NCBI GenBank assembly: GCA_041665265.1
Contig: JBAYJE010000003.1
Location: 1,424 to 65,423, forward strand
DNA length: 64,000 nucleotides
Direction: 5' to 3'
From: Minisyncoccota bacterium
GTDB taxonomy: Bacteria > Patescibacteriota > Minisyncoccia > UBA6257 > GWB1-50-10
Shown here: positions 17,490-27,574 of the stretch, one piece after another
Layout of the letters: every line of letters starts with the position of its first letter
How positions within the stretch are numbered: the first letter of the stretch is position 1
Notes under the pieces: generated by a model
Told to the model about the DNA's origin: nothing
Seen by the model: only the letters and a program-made list of their open reading frames with translations
The model's database searches: none
Position numbers and translations under genes: made by a program

Positions 17490-19647
17490 CACAGGCTTTA
17501 TTTGAGCAACGCTCGGGAATCGTTTTTGTGCCTTCCATCATAAGTGAGCCACAAAGATCACATTTATTACCCGTAGGACGAGATTTCATTATAAATTTGC
17601 AGGAAGGGTAATTTGAACAACTAAAAAATGCGCCAAAGCGTCCGCGACGTTCTATGATATCCCCATTATCGAGTGGACATTTTACGCCCGTACGCTTCTT
17701 AGCCTCTTCTTCGGGGCTTTGTTTAATATAATGACAGCCTTTTTTTCCGCGGGACCAATTACTGCACGCGATGAATTTCCCAAATCGTCCCTCGCGTTCA
17801 AGAAGTTTCCCGCCACAATCGGGACATAATTCTCCCGTTTCCTTTGGTCCTTCCATAAGAGTGCCATCGAGTTTGCGCGCACCTTTGCATTGTTTTGTCT
17901 TATCCTTTTCGTCAAAGAGACGGCAGCTCAAAAACTTTCCTGCACGACCAAGTTTAATAACCATGGTGCCGTGTGAGGCATCAAGAGGACAGGTGAAACG
18001 AGCATCTTCTCCAAGTGTGGTAGCTTTCTCTAACTTATCCTTTTCTTTCACTTCTTTTACAAACGGAATATAGAAATCTTTCAATACTTTTTTGTATTCC
18101 TTCTTTCCTTCTGCAATTTCATCAAGTTTATTCTCCATTTCCGCAGTAAATGAATCACTAATGTAGTTTGCAAAATTCTTTTCCAAGAAATCACTCACTA
18201 CTTCGCCGGTATCAGTGGGATGAAGCGTTTTATTTTGCTTCTCAATGTAACCACGTTCATCAAGAGTGCGGATAATAGCAGCGTACGTACTCGGACGGCC
18301 AATTTCGCGCTTTTCAAGTTCTTTTACAAGTCCTGCTTCTGTATAACGCGGAAGGGGTTCTGTTTCTTTTCCCTCACTTTCGATTGAGACGAGAGTTAAT
18401 GGCTCATCCTTCTCTAAATGAGGAAGCTCATGTTCTTCACCGCGCGCACCCGTATCAGCCATAAGCCATCCAGGGAAGATAACAATATTACCGGTCATCG
18501 AAAAAAATGGAATTTCGGCACCTTTTGCTTCTGCAACTATCTTAGTACGAAGCAATTGAGCGTCGGTCATTTGAGATGCAAGTGTGCGTTGCCAAATGAG
18601 TTCATAAAGTTTTTTCTGCTCATCATTGCCTCCCGCATGATGAAGTGACATTTTTGTAGGACGAATTGCCTCGTGTGCTTCTTGAGCATTTTTACTTTTT
18701 GTCACATAGGTTCGTGGGGAAAGATATTCCTTACCATATGTTTTTTCAATTTCCGTATACATCTCAGCAAGTGCAATGGAGCTTAAATTCACACTGTCAG
18801 TTCTCATATAGGTAATAAACCCTGATTCATACAATTTCTGTGCAATACCCATAGTGCGAGAAGGCGAGTATCCAAGACGCGAGCTTGCCGCTTGTTGGAG
18901 TGTTGAGGTGATAAAGGGAGGTTTTGGTGAGCGTTTTGCTTCAGTCTTTTTTACCGAAGCAATATGCCACGGGTGTGTTCGTGCTGCACCAAGAATGCGT
19001 TCTACTTCCTGTTCATTTTTCGGTTCGTCTTCACAGGTAAGTTCGAGTTGGTGTTTTTCTGTTTTGCACTGTGCTTTAATTACCCAAAAATGTTCTGGGA
19101 TAAATGCACGAATTTCTCGTTCGCGTTCCATAATAATGCGAAGTGCAGGGGATTGTACGCGCCCCGCGGAAAGTCCGTAGCGCACTTTCTTCCAAATAAG
19201 TCCGGAAAGGTCATAGCCTACAAGCCTATCAAGAACACGACGCGCTTCCTGCGCTTTACGAAGATTTTCATCAATCTCGCGAGGATGTTTCATTGCCTCA
19301 AGAATTGCGGGTTCGGTAATCTCGTGAAATACTACCCGTTTCGGATTCTTTAGATTACACGCTTCTTTAATGTGCCATGCAATTGCCTCACCTTCTCGGT
19401 CAGGATCAGTAGCAAGAAGTACTTCATCCGCTTTCTTTGAAAGTTTAATGAGCTCTTCGACAATTTCTGTTTTTGCTTTTGCAATTTCGTAGTGGGGAAT
19501 AAATCCACCGGGAATGTCAATTGCTTTTTTATTACTTTTTGGAAGATCGCGAATATGTCCGACGCTTGCGCGGACTTTGTATTCTCCTTTTAAATATTTT
19601 TCGATTGTCTTCGCTTTTGCGGGACTTTCAACAATAACTAATTTCAT
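17458..19647 (-). CDS. topA: DNA topoisomerase I with C-terminal zinc ribbons
   Basis: 'MKLVIVESPAKAKTIEKYLKGEYKVRASVGHIRDLP' and multiple C-terminal C4 zinc-ribbon motifs. Confidence 0.95.
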   Translation of the reverse strand: MKLVIVESPAKAKTIEKYLKGEYKVRASVGHIRDLPKSNKKAIDIPGGFIPHYEIAKAKTEIVEELIKLSKKADEVLLATDPDREGEAIAWHIKEACNLKNPKRVVFHEITEPAILEAMKHPREIDENLRKAQEARRVLDRLVGYDLSGLIWKKVRYGLSAGRVQSPALRIIMEREREIRAFIPEHFWVIKAQCKTEKHQLELTCEDEPKNEQEVERILGAARTHPWHIASVKKTEAKRSPKPPFITSTLQQAASSRLGYSPSRTMGIAQKLYESGFITYMRTDSVNLSSIALAEMYTEIEKTYGKEYLSPRTYVTKSKNAQEAHEAIRPTKMSLHHAGGNDEQKKLYELIWQRTLASQMTDAQLLRTKIVAEAKGAEIPFFSMTGNIVIFPGWLMADTGARGEEHELPHLEKDEPLTLVSIESEGKETEPLPRYTEAGLVKELEKREIGRPSTYAAIIRTLDERGYIEKQNKTLHPTDTGEVVSDFLEKNFANYISDSFTAEMENKLDEIAEGKKEYKKVLKDFYIPFVKEVKEKDKLEKATTLGEDARFTCPLDASHGTMVIKLGRAGKFLSCRLFDEKDKTKQCKGARKLDGTLMEGPKETGELCPDCGGKLLEREGRFGKFIACSNWSRGKKGCHYIKQSPEEEAKKRTGVKCPLDNGDIIERRGRFGAFFSCSNYPSCKFIMKSRPTGNKCDLCGSLMMEGTKTIPERCSNKACVNHNPHKIKK

Positions 19648-19767
19648 TCCGTTAGGATTTTACCTTTTTAAGGTTATTCTTTTCGACGCCATTTTGTATC
19701 ATTTCATTTTTCATAATGTGTATTTGTAAAACCTTAACGGGATTCATAAACATTCTTTTATACTACC

Positions 19768-20649
19768 TCAATTGTTTTTTATTCTAAACTTTCCACTCAC
19801 TTCTTCGATTATTCCTGAAAAAAGAAGGAGGGTGAGTTTCTCATTCACAATATGAGGTTGTAGTGTAGTCAGCTCAAGTATTTTGTCAATTGAGAGTGGT
19901 TCGTGTGCACTTGTAAGTACTCGCACAATTTGTGATTCAAATTCACTGAGCGCAATATTGTTTTCTCTTGCGCTCGTGAGCGAAGGGGACGTTTCAACAC
20001 CAAGGTCTTCTAGAATATCTGCGCAGTTTGTCACAAGGCGCGCACCATTTCGAATGAGCATATGAGAACCTTTATAGTTAGCATTATTCACACTTCCGGG
20101 AAAGACAAATACCTCGCGTCCTTGTTCAATTGCATTGCGTGCGGTGGCAATTGAGCCTGAGCGAAGTGGCGCTTCAATAACGATAGTTGCGATAGAAAGA
20201 CCACTTACAATACGATTCCGCTCAAGAAATTGATTTGGATATGCAGGAGTTCCTTCTACGTATTCTGAAATGAGACATCCACCGGACTCAAGAATGTGCT
20301 CTGCAAGATGTTCGTGCTGACGAGGATACACATGGTCAAGACCATTTGCAAGTACTGCAATAGTGCGACCGCCCGCCTTAAGTGTCCCTTCATGCGCGGC
20401 GGCATCAATACCGAGTGCGAGACCACTCACGATAGTAATGCCACGTAAGGCAAGTGTTTCAGCAAGTTCGTGTGCAAGTGCTAATCCCTCACGCGATGCT
20501 TTTCGTGTGCCTACAATTGCAACACATGATTCATGTGAGGTGGGAAGAATGCCACGATAGTAAAGTGTGTTAGGCGCTCCAGGAATTTCGGAGAGGAGAG
20601 GAGGATATAATTCTGATTCTTCGTGTAGAACACACACCGGAAGTTTCAT
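19768..20649 (-). CDS. dprA: DNA processing protein DprA (Smf)
   Basis: 'VAIVGTRKASREGLALAHELAETLALRGITIVSGLALGIDAAAHEGTLKAGGRTIAVLANGLDHVYP'. Confidence 0.9.
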   Translation of the reverse strand: MKLPVCVLHEESELYPPLLSEIPGAPNTLYYRGILPTSHESCVAIVGTRKASREGLALAHELAETLALRGITIVSGLALGIDAAAHEGTLKAGGRTIAVLANGLDHVYPRQHEHLAEHILESGGCLISEYVEGTPAYPNQFLERNRIVSGLSIATIVIEAPLRSGSIATARNAIEQGREVFVFPGSVNNANYKGSHMLIRNGARLVTNCADILEDLGVETSPSLTSARENNIALSEFESQIVRVLTSAHEPLSIDKILELTTLQPHIVNEKLTLLLFSGIIEEVSGKFRIKNN

Positions 20650-20695
20650 AATGTGGTAAAATAATTATATACTACGCGTTTGTAGAGAAGCACGT

Positions 20696-21235
20696 TTGTT
20701 TTTGAGTATGGATGTATTTAAGAAAAAAATAACGATTGAGGGACTTATTACGGCAATTATTATAATTGCAATTTCTGGAGGAATTTATTTTTTTGCTTCT
20801 AAAATAACTGCCTACTCAAATGAGATTCTCACATTGCGTACCGAACTTGCATTGCGTTCAAGTTCACTCACTATGCTTGCAAACCTACGTTCCGAGTACA
20901 TTTCCAAAGCACAGAAAGATTTTACGGCATTACAAAATATAATTCCGGTGAAGGATCAGCTCATTAATATTGCAAAAGATTTTCAGTTTATTGCAACTCA
21001 GGCAGGATTTGATTCAACCTTTTCATTTATGAGCGAATCACCCGCAACCGTAAATACATTAGGCTTTCTTAGTTTTAAACTGACTTTCGGTGGCGATTTT
21101 GATAAATTACTTGAGTTTGTAAAGACATTACAAGACTTCCGTTATCTCTCCGATTTCACTAATTTTACGATTACGCGCGGAAAAGATAAGGCACAACTGT
21201 CAGTAAATGGAAAAGTATTTTTTAGACTCCCATAA
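20696..21235 (+). CDS. Hypothetical membrane protein, possibly a PilO/PilN-like pilus/competence assembly component
   Basis: A single N-terminal TM plus a coiled coil. It is divergent from dprA. No decisive motif. Confidence 0.3.
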   Translation: MFLSMDVFKKKITIEGLITAIIIIAISGGIYFFASKITAYSNEILTLRTELALRSSSLTMLANLRSEYISKAQKDFTALQNIIPVKDQLINIAKDFQFIATQAGFDSTFSFMSESPATVNTLGFLSFKLTFGGDFDKLLEFVKTLQDFRYLSDFTNFTITRGKDKAQLSVNGKVFFRLP

Positions 21236-21236
21236 T

Positions 21237-21464
21237 ATGAAAAATCTATTTAATAAAGGAATAAAACTTCATTTTTCTCGTCAGGGTTTCTTTTCCATCC
21301 TTGCGGTTGTTCTTATTATCATTATTGTAGGACTCGTGATTTATCTTTCTACCTTCCTTATATCCAACTTTGGGACAGCATTAGAACTAGGAGGAGAGGG
21401 TGTTCCTAAAGAACAGTTTGACATCAAGGGCTTCGAAACGCTAAATTTAGTGAAGCCACAATAG
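21237..21464 (+). CDS. Small membrane protein
   Basis: 'FFSILAVVLIIIIVGLVIYLSTFLI' is a TM helix. The ATG is 1 nt after the upstream stop. Confidence 0.4.
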   Translation: MKNLFNKGIKLHFSRQGFFSILAVVLIIIIVGLVIYLSTFLISNFGTALELGGEGVPKEQFDIKGFETLNLVKPQ

Positions 21465-21479
21465 GAATATAACTGATTC

Positions 21480-21551
21480 GGGTGTGTAGTTCAGTGGTAG
21501 AACGCTGTCCTGATAAGACAGAGGTCGAAGGTTCGATTCCTTCCACACCCA
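21480..21551 (+). tRNA. tRNA-Ile (anticodon GAU)
   Basis: GGGTGTG-TA-GTTC-AGTGGTA-GAAC-G-CTGTC-CTGATAA-GACAG-AGGTC-GAAGG-TTCGATT-CCTTC-CACACCC-A. Confidence 0.85.
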
Positions 21552-21587
21552 CAAAGAAAGGCCTTGTGAGGAGGTCTTTTCTTTAGC

Positions 21588-21661
21588 GGGCCTGTAGCTC
21601 AGTTGGTTAGAGCGCCTCATTTGCAATGAGGAGGTCACCGGTTCGAATCCGGTCAGGTCCA
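21588..21661 (+). tRNA. tRNA-Ala (anticodon UGC) with a G3:U70 identity pair
   Basis: GGGCCTGTAGCTCAGTTGGTTAGAGCGCCTCATTTGCAATGAGGAGGTCACCGGTTCGAATCCGGTCAGGTCCA. Confidence 0.85.
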
Positions 21662-21769
21662 CAAATTGCTCTTTTGGGTAGAAGTGTCCCACTTAACAAA
21701 TAGAGAGTTCTACTCAATTTAGTATTGATTTGAAAAATGGGTCGCGATAGATAATACTTATATACGTAG

Positions 21770-21979
21770 ATGGAAAGCACGGAACAAAAAAACGAAAACT
21801 CATCGATTTTAGTAATATGTCCCGAATGTAAGGGGTCATTTTATTTACAATCAATAGAATTAGGTATACTTCGCCCATGCCCTTTTTGCGGTAAAACAGT
21901 GACTTTTGATAAGGTCGAAGTGAATCAAAAAAAAGATGAAGTTGAATCTACTAAATCCTCGAGGAAAGAGGTGGCCTGA
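21770..21979 (+). CDS. Small zinc-ribbon protein (CPxC...CPFC)
   Basis: 'ILVICPECKGSFYLQSIELGILRPCPFCGKTVTF'. It overlaps the next ORF by 44 nt in a different frame. Confidence 0.45.
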   Translation: MESTEQKNENSSILVICPECKGSFYLQSIELGILRPCPFCGKTVTFDKVEVNQKKDEVESTKSSRKEVA

Positions 21980-22928
21980 TTTTTATGGAGATAGGTCCTC
22001 TATTAGAAATAGAGTCGAGTCAAATCCAGCGGTTAAAGAATTAATAGACTGCGGTCTTTTATTAACCAAAGAACTCAACACTTTGTTGTTGGGTTTTTTG
22101 ATTAAGAATAGAAGAATACAAGAATTAATCACTGCGCCTACAACAATAAATGATAAAGATTGGTCAGAAAAAGACACGACCGAGGTTATTAAAATTTATG
22201 ATGAACAAACTATTGGGAAGTCTAAAGACGAGGGGAAAAAGATCCTAACTCATCTCATTGATAACCATCAGAAAAAAATTGCTTCAGAAAAAAGGAAGAA
22301 AAGAAAAGTAGAAATTAAATCAATATCAGATGATTTGGAAGATGAATTGAGTAATTTCCGCACCCTAAAAAACTTGAATATATCAACACTTATTCATACA
22401 AACCTTTATTATTGCCCTGACTGTGCTGAAATTTTTAGAAAAGATACTTTTTATTCCGGTAAATGTTATTGTGGGAAGCAATTGAGTAGGGTATCTGAAA
22501 CTAACCAGGATAGTATAGCGTGTATAAGTGATGATGTTGAGATTTTTGTTAAGAATAATATGTGGTTAGAGCACGGTGTAGAAAGACAATTTTCAATAAA
22601 TGGTTATAATACCGCCTGTGGAGTAAATATTATGGGCTCATCGGGGGTTTCGCATGAAGTAGATGTTTTAGCAGAGTCTGCGTCAAAGAATAAGAGGATT
22701 ATTGGGGAGTGCAAAAATCGAGAAATTGACATATCAGATGTCTTTAAATTATATGGCCAAATGGCAGACACTGGTTGTAATATCGGATTTATATTTTCCA
22801 CAGGTGTTGTTCAGGACCCTCAGAAAAGTAGGCAGGTGTTTAGACTCGCATCTTCAAAAAACATTAGGATTATTGATGGAATTCTGGAAAATACTTCCGA
22901 GCGGCTCAATGAGCTTATTTTAAATTAG
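21936..22928 (+). CDS. Mrr-cat / PD-(D/E)xK restriction-endonuclease-like protein with an internal zinc ribbon
   Basis: The C-terminal 'GSSGVSHEVDVLAESASKNKRIIGECKNREIDISDV...IGFIFSTGVVQD' fits the Mrr catalytic domain (D...ExK). It has the zinc ribbon 'YYCPDCAEIF...GKCYCGKQL'. The segment is ~33% GC. Confidence 0.55.
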   Translation: MKLNLLNPRGKRWPDFYGDRSSIRNRVESNPAVKELIDCGLLLTKELNTLLLGFLIKNRRIQELITAPTTINDKDWSEKDTTEVIKIYDEQTIGKSKDEGKKILTHLIDNHQKKIASEKRKKRKVEIKSISDDLEDELSNFRTLKNLNISTLIHTNLYYCPDCAEIFRKDTFYSGKCYCGKQLSRVSETNQDSIACISDDVEIFVKNNMWLEHGVERQFSINGYNTACGVNIMGSSGVSHEVDVLAESASKNKRIIGECKNREIDISDVFKLYGQMADTGCNIGFIFSTGVVQDPQKSRQVFRLASSKNIRIIDGILENTSERLNELILN

Positions 22929-23116
22929 AAAAACCTCAAATCTTTTCAAGCAACTTCCCTCAACTTCGTCTTTTCAATCCACTCGGCTATTCTAATAATC
23001 TACGTCGTTATAGTCATTTTTGTTCCAACTAGTTAATACAAGGTCCACCACAGAATGTGATATGCACGGACGCAAAGCCGTTTTATCTTATTCGTATACC
23101 GCAGTACAATGACAAT

Positions 23117-23428
23117 ATGAAAAAGAAGGAATATTTTATGAGGAGTTTTCTTAACGCTACGGGAGTTCTCGCATACATATCTCTGGTAGCGGGGTTCTTA
23201 TTCAACGGTAAACAACTATTTGGAAAAGAGGAAACTTTTCTCCTTCCAATCCTCATGCTTCTTCTTTTTGTTACATCCGCAGCAATCACAGGGTCTCTTG
23301 TGTTGGGAAAACCAATTCACCTTTATCTGAGCGGTCTTAAAAAAGAAGCGTTCACAATGCTTTTTGCTACGATTGGTTGGCTTGTTCTTTTTCTTGTTGT
23401 GATTATCGGAATATTGCTAGTGCAATGA
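23117..23428 (+). CDS. Hypothetical 3-TM membrane protein
   Basis: 'MKKKEYFMRSFLNATGVLAYISLVAGFLF...' has three hydrophobic helices. Confidence 0.45.
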   Translation: MKKKEYFMRSFLNATGVLAYISLVAGFLFNGKQLFGKEETFLLPILMLLLFVTSAAITGSLVLGKPIHLYLSGLKKEAFTMLFATIGWLVLFLVVIIGILLVQ

Positions 23429-23706
23429 AGATACTCAAGAAAGTTCAACACGAATATTTCGAAGCACTTCTCGAAGGACGAAAACAATTTGAGATTCGCC
23501 TCGCAGACTTTAAATATAAACCAGGCGACACGCTGGTACTTTTAGAACAAAAAGAAGGGAAGAGGGAATTGAGCGGAAGAAAGCTCGAATGCGAGATACT
23601 TTTTACAGTGAACACGAAAATAGCTGAACAATTTTGGACGAAAAAGAAAATAGATAAATATGGTCTCGCGGTTCTTTCTCTCCGAAGAAAGTTCAAATTT
23701 AAATAA
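23425..23706 (+). CDS. DUF3850 / ASCH-like (PUA-fold) domain protein
   Basis: 'MKILKKVQHEYFEALLEGRKQFEIRLADFKYKPGDTLVLLEQ' matches the DUF3850 N-terminal signature (KI.PEYFEA..SGKKTFEIRKND...GD.L.L.E). ATGA overlaps the upstream stop. Confidence 0.6.
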   Translation: MKILKKVQHEYFEALLEGRKQFEIRLADFKYKPGDTLVLLEQKEGKRELSGRKLECEILFTVNTKIAEQFWTKKKIDKYGLAVLSLRRKFKFK

Positions 23707-23708
23707 CT

Positions 23709-23921
23709 ATGTTTATTATTTTCGGTATTATCGGACTTCTCATAATATCAACCGCAATCTGGCTAAAGAATGAAAAGAAACAGGATTTCTTGTTCGTTAT
23801 CGGTGGTATTTCACTCCTCATTTATAGCATGAGTATTCACGACCTTATTTTTATAATTCTGCAAATTGTTTTTATTATTTCCGCACTTGTGGAGATTTTT
23901 CGATTACCTAAAAAGAAGTAG
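23709..23921 (+). CDS. Small 2-TM membrane protein
   Basis: 70 aa with two hydrophobic helices. Confidence 0.4.
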   Translation: MFIIFGIIGLLIISTAIWLKNEKKQDFLFVIGGISLLIYSMSIHDLIFIILQIVFIISALVEIFRLPKKK

Positions 23922-24002
23922 GTGAGTATATTGAAAGAAGATTATTTTTATCCACAGGTGTGATTGCTTGCATATTATGAACCTGGGGTGTAGGTTATAG
24001 GT

Positions 24003-24281
24003 ATGAAGCATCACAAACAAGGAACTGCACCAGACAAAGCAAAATCACTAAAACACGCGAAGCAGGCACAAGGCACACTCCTTAAGGTTATTCAGATGAT
24101 TGAAGGGGACAAATATTGTCCAGAAGTTATTCAACAAACACATGCTGCAATCGGTCTTTTACGCACACTCGAACATAACCTTCTTAAGGGTCATCTTGAC
24201 CACTGTGTAGAACATAAATTGCACGAGAATAAGAAACAGACCGTTGATGAATTATTGCGTATTTACAATCTTTCAAAATAA
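24003..24281 (+). CDS. csoR: Metal-sensing repressor of the CsoR/RcnR family
   Basis: 'LLKVIQMIEGDKYCPEVIQQTHAAIGLLRTLEHNLLKGHLDHCV' carries the C-H-C ligands. Confidence 0.8.
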   Translation: MKHHKQGTAPDKAKSLKHAKQAQGTLLKVIQMIEGDKYCPEVIQQTHAAIGLLRTLEHNLLKGHLDHCVEHKLHENKKQTVDELLRIYNLSK

Positions 24282-24284
24282 TCT

Positions 24285-26546
24285 ATGGCACTTACCACAT
24301 TTAAAGTGAAAGGAATGCATTGTGCGAGTTGTGCAGTCATTATTTCAAAACGAATCACTAAACTCCCCGGAGTAAAAAAAGCGGATATTAATTATGCATC
24401 AGAAACAGCAAAGATTGATTTTAATCCTAAAGAAGCACCACTCGAAAAGATAAACGAAGAAATTCGCATGTTGGGATACGAGCTAGAGGATCCACACACA
24501 GGGCATGATATGGGTGCTATGAATATGATGGATTCACAAAATAAGAGTGAGAAGTTGAAGGAGTTAGCCCTCATGAAAAGAAAGGTCAATATAGCGTTTC
24601 CTGTAGCGCTTGTGGTGTTTGCACTTATGATCTGGGACATTATTGCAAAAATGTTTTTACTTCCTGCGCTTCCGCTTTCAATGCAATTGCAGAATGTTAT
24701 TTTTCTTGTATTTTCCACAATAATTCTTTTTTGGGCAGGAAAACCATTCGTGCAAGGATTTGGAAGATTTTTTCGTTACCGAGTAGCAAATATGGACTCA
24801 TTGATTGGTATCGGAACACTTACTGCGTATACCTATAGTGCGGTGTTGGTGCTTATGCCTCAGGCGCGAGATTATTTCTCGTTTCCAGAATATGTTTATT
24901 TTGATGTAGTCATGGTAGTAATTGGGTTTGTATTATTTGGAAAATATCTTGAAGCGCGGTCAAAACTACGCACGGGGGAGGCAATTGAAAAACTGTTAAG
25001 CCTGCAAGCAAAAACAGCCCTCGTGATTCGTGAAGGGCATGAAGTAGAAATATCTCTTGCAGAAGTGGTAGTAGATGATGTTGTGCTCGTGCGTCCAGGA
25101 ACAAAGATTCCAGTTGATGGTGTGATTATTGAAGGAAATTCTGCAGTTGATGAATCTATGATTACTGGCGAATCAATTCCTGTCGATAAACATCCAGGAG
25201 ATGCGGTGGTGGGTGCAACAATAAATAAGCAGGGATCGTTGAAGTGTCGTGTTACACGCATAGGAAGTGCCACAATGCTTTCTCAAATTGTAAAAATGGT
25301 AACTGACGCACAAGCATCAAAAGCACCAATTCAAGCACTTGCGGATAAAATTTCAGGAACATTTGTTCCTGTAGTGCTTGGTATCGCCTCACTTTCGTTT
25401 GTTCTTTGGCTTACGGTGGGTGCATGGCAACTCGGATTCACTGTGGCATTCTCGTATGCTCTTTTATCACTTGTGGGTGTGCTTGTTATTGCATGTCCTT
25501 GCGCACTCGGACTTGCAACTCCTACTGCAATTATTGTAGGCGTAGGCAAGGGGGCCGAACAGGGAATTTTAATTAAAGGAGCAGAATCTCTTGAAGAACT
25601 TTCGCACATAACAACGGTGGTGTTTGATAAAACAGGAACAATAACCGAAGGTTCACCAAAAGTCACCGACATCGTTGTTTCTTCTGAATATAGTGAAAGC
25701 GAAATTATAAAATATGCAGCAAGTATAGAAAGGCATTCCGAACATCCATTAGCTCATGCTATTGTTGCCGACGCAAAGAAAAGAAACATTTCTCTTGTTG
25801 AGCCACTCGATTTTATTGCATATGAAGGAGTTGGTGTAGAAGGTACAATAGAAGGAAAGCGGGTGCGTGTACAAAAACCCACCATAGAAGATATTGCGCA
25901 ATTATCTCTCAATCGATTACATGAAGAAGGAAAGACAACGGCAGTCATTTTTATTAATCAAAAGATTGTTGGTGCATTAGCACTGAGCGACACCCTAAAA
26001 GAAGGCGTACACGAAGCAATTGCAGCACTTCATCAAGTAGGTCTTACTACAGTAATGATTACTGGAGATAATAAGAAAGCAGCGGAATATATTGCTACAC
26101 AGGCAGGCATCGATAAAGTAATTGCCGAAGTTATGCCAAATGAAAAAGCGGCAGCAGTAAAAGAGTTGCAATTACAAGGATTGAAGGTGGCTATGGTAGG
26201 AGATGGAGTAAACGATGCACCTGCACTAATTCAGGCAAATGTAGGTATCGCTATGGCAACAGGAACGGACATCGCAATTGAAGCAGCAGGAATTACCCTT
26301 CTTAAGGGCGATGTACGAAAAGTGGTTCAAGCGCATACACTTGCACGACGTACGATGCGTGTAATACGGCAAAATCTTTTTTGGGCATTCTTTTACAATG
26401 TGATTGGTATTCCACTTGCCGCGGGTGCACTCTTCCCATTTTTTGGAATCTTTCTCAATCCAATGTTTGCAGGCATTGCGATGGCAGGAAGCAGCGTCTC
26501 CGTGGTTGGGAATTCTCTACGATTAAAAACGCTTAACCTTAAATAA
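24285..26546 (+). CDS. copA: Copper-translocating P1B-type ATPase
   Basis: N-terminal HMA 'GMHCASCAV', '[10 protein letters not shown]', 'DKTGTIT', '[10 protein letters not shown]'. Confidence 0.95.
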   Translation: MALTTFKVKGMHCASCAVIISKRITKLPGVKKADINYASETAKIDFNPKEAPLEKINEEIRMLGYELEDPHTGHDMGAMNMMDSQNKSEKLKELALMKRKVNIAFPVALVVFALMIWDIIAKMFLLPALPLSMQLQNVIFLVFSTIILFWAGKPFVQGFGRFFRYRVANMDSLIGIGTLTAYTYSAVLVLMPQARDYFSFPEYVYFDVVMVVIGFVLFGKYLEARSKLRTGEAIEKLLSLQAKTALVIREGHEVEISLAEVVVDDVVLVRPGTKIPVDGVIIEGNSAVDESMITGESIPVDKHPGDAVVGATINKQGSLKCRVTRIGSATMLSQIVKMVTDAQASKAPIQALADKISGTFVPVVLGIASLSFVLWLTVGAWQLGFTVAFSYALLSLVGVLVIACPCALGLATPTAIIVGVGKGAEQGILIKGAESLEELSHITTVVFDKTGTITEGSPKVTDIVVSSEYSESEIIKYAASIERHSEHPLAHAIVADAKKRNISLVEPLDFIAYEGVGVEGTIEGKRVRVQKPTIEDIAQLSLNRLHEEGKTTAVIFINQKIVGALALSDTLKEGVHEAIAALHQVGLTTVMITGDNKKAAEYIATQAGIDKVIAEVMPNEKAAAVKELQLQGLKVAMVGDGVNDAPALIQANVGIAMATGTDIAIEAAGITLLKGDVRKVVQAHTLARRTMRVIRQNLFWAFFYNVIGIPLAAGALFPFFGIFLNPMFAGIAMAGSSVSVVGNSLRLKTLNLK

Positions 26547-26548
26547 TT

Positions 26549-27571
26549 ATGACTCAATCACAAAAACATCTTTTCCATGTACAAGGTATGCATTGTACTG
26601 CGTGTGGAATCTTAATTAAAGAAACTCTCGAAAATGTTGAGGGAGTAACCTATGTACATGTTGATGATATAAAAAACACCGTAGAAGTAATTCTGGAAAG
26701 CAACGTAAGTAAAGAAGCTATTGTAGAAAATTTTTCCGCGCTCCTTAAAAAGGACGGATACTCGCTTTCAATAGAAAAAGTTGCTCACGCCCCCAAATGG
26801 AAGGAGTTTCGATATGCACTTCCTATTGCACTTGGCATGCTTGGCATCTTTATCTTCTTACAGAAAATTGGCCTTGTGAATCTCATTACTGCAGAGAAGG
26901 TAAATTTACCCGCAGCATTTGGCATCGGTCTTATTGCATCTGTTTCGTCATGCCTTGCGGTAGTGGGAGGATTACTTCTCTCAGTGTCAGCAAATTATGC
27001 GAAAGAAGGAGAAAAAGCAAAACCACAAATTTTCTTTCATGGAGGAAGACTTCTCTCGTTCTTTGTCTTCGGTGGGCTTATTGGTCTTCTTGGATCCGCA
27101 TTCACGTTAAGTGGGGGGGTGATACTTTCTCTGGGAATCTTAGTGAGCGTGGTAATGCTTTCGTTGGGATTAAATCTTCTTGATGTATTTCCATGGACAA
27201 AGCGGTGTCAACCACGAATGCCAAAGTTTCTTGACCATTCCTCTCGAATAAAAAATATGCAGCATAGCGCGGTACCATTCCTTATTGGACTTAGCACTTT
27301 TTTTCTTCCTTGTGGATTTACGCAATCGATGCAGGTATACAGCCTTTCTACCGGTTCATTTCTTGCAGGAGCGCTCACTATGTTTGTATTTGCTCTTGGT
27401 ACACTTCCCGTGCTCGCACTTATTAGTGTAAGCTCAGTAGAGTTTGGAAAAGGAAAATATTCAGGGATCTTTTTCAAAGTCGCAGGTCTTCTTGTGATTG
27501 CATTCGGACTTCTCACCATGATAAGTAGCCTTACTGCTGCGGGTGTTATAAAACCACTTTTTAACCTCTAA
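26549..27571 (+). CDS. HMA metal-binding domain fused to a DsbD_2/CcdA-like polytopic membrane domain
   Basis: 'GMHCTACG' HMA, then ~6 TM helices with cysteines inside TM segments ('SSCLAVVGG', 'FFLPCGFTQS'). Confidence 0.6.
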   Translation: MTQSQKHLFHVQGMHCTACGILIKETLENVEGVTYVHVDDIKNTVEVILESNVSKEAIVENFSALLKKDGYSLSIEKVAHAPKWKEFRYALPIALGMLGIFIFLQKIGLVNLITAEKVNLPAAFGIGLIASVSSCLAVVGGLLLSVSANYAKEGEKAKPQIFFHGGRLLSFFVFGGLIGLLGSAFTLSGGVILSLGILVSVVMLSLGLNLLDVFPWTKRCQPRMPKFLDHSSRIKNMQHSAVPFLIGLSTFFLPCGFTQSMQVYSLSTGSFLAGALTMFVFALGTLPVLALISVSSVEFGKGKYSGIFFKVAGLLVIAFGLLTMISSLTAAGVIKPLFNL

Positions 27572-27574
27572 TTT

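Noticed and set aside
21447-21692. Minus-strand 81-aa ORF in the track
   Set aside because: It lies entirely across tRNA-Ile and tRNA-Ala, so it is a spurious ORF over RNA genes.
24392-25672. Multiple 100-125-aa minus-strand ORFs inside copA
   Set aside because: They lie antisense to a strongly supported P-type ATPase and have a Ser/Thr/Pro-rich composition typical of GC-skewed antisense frames.
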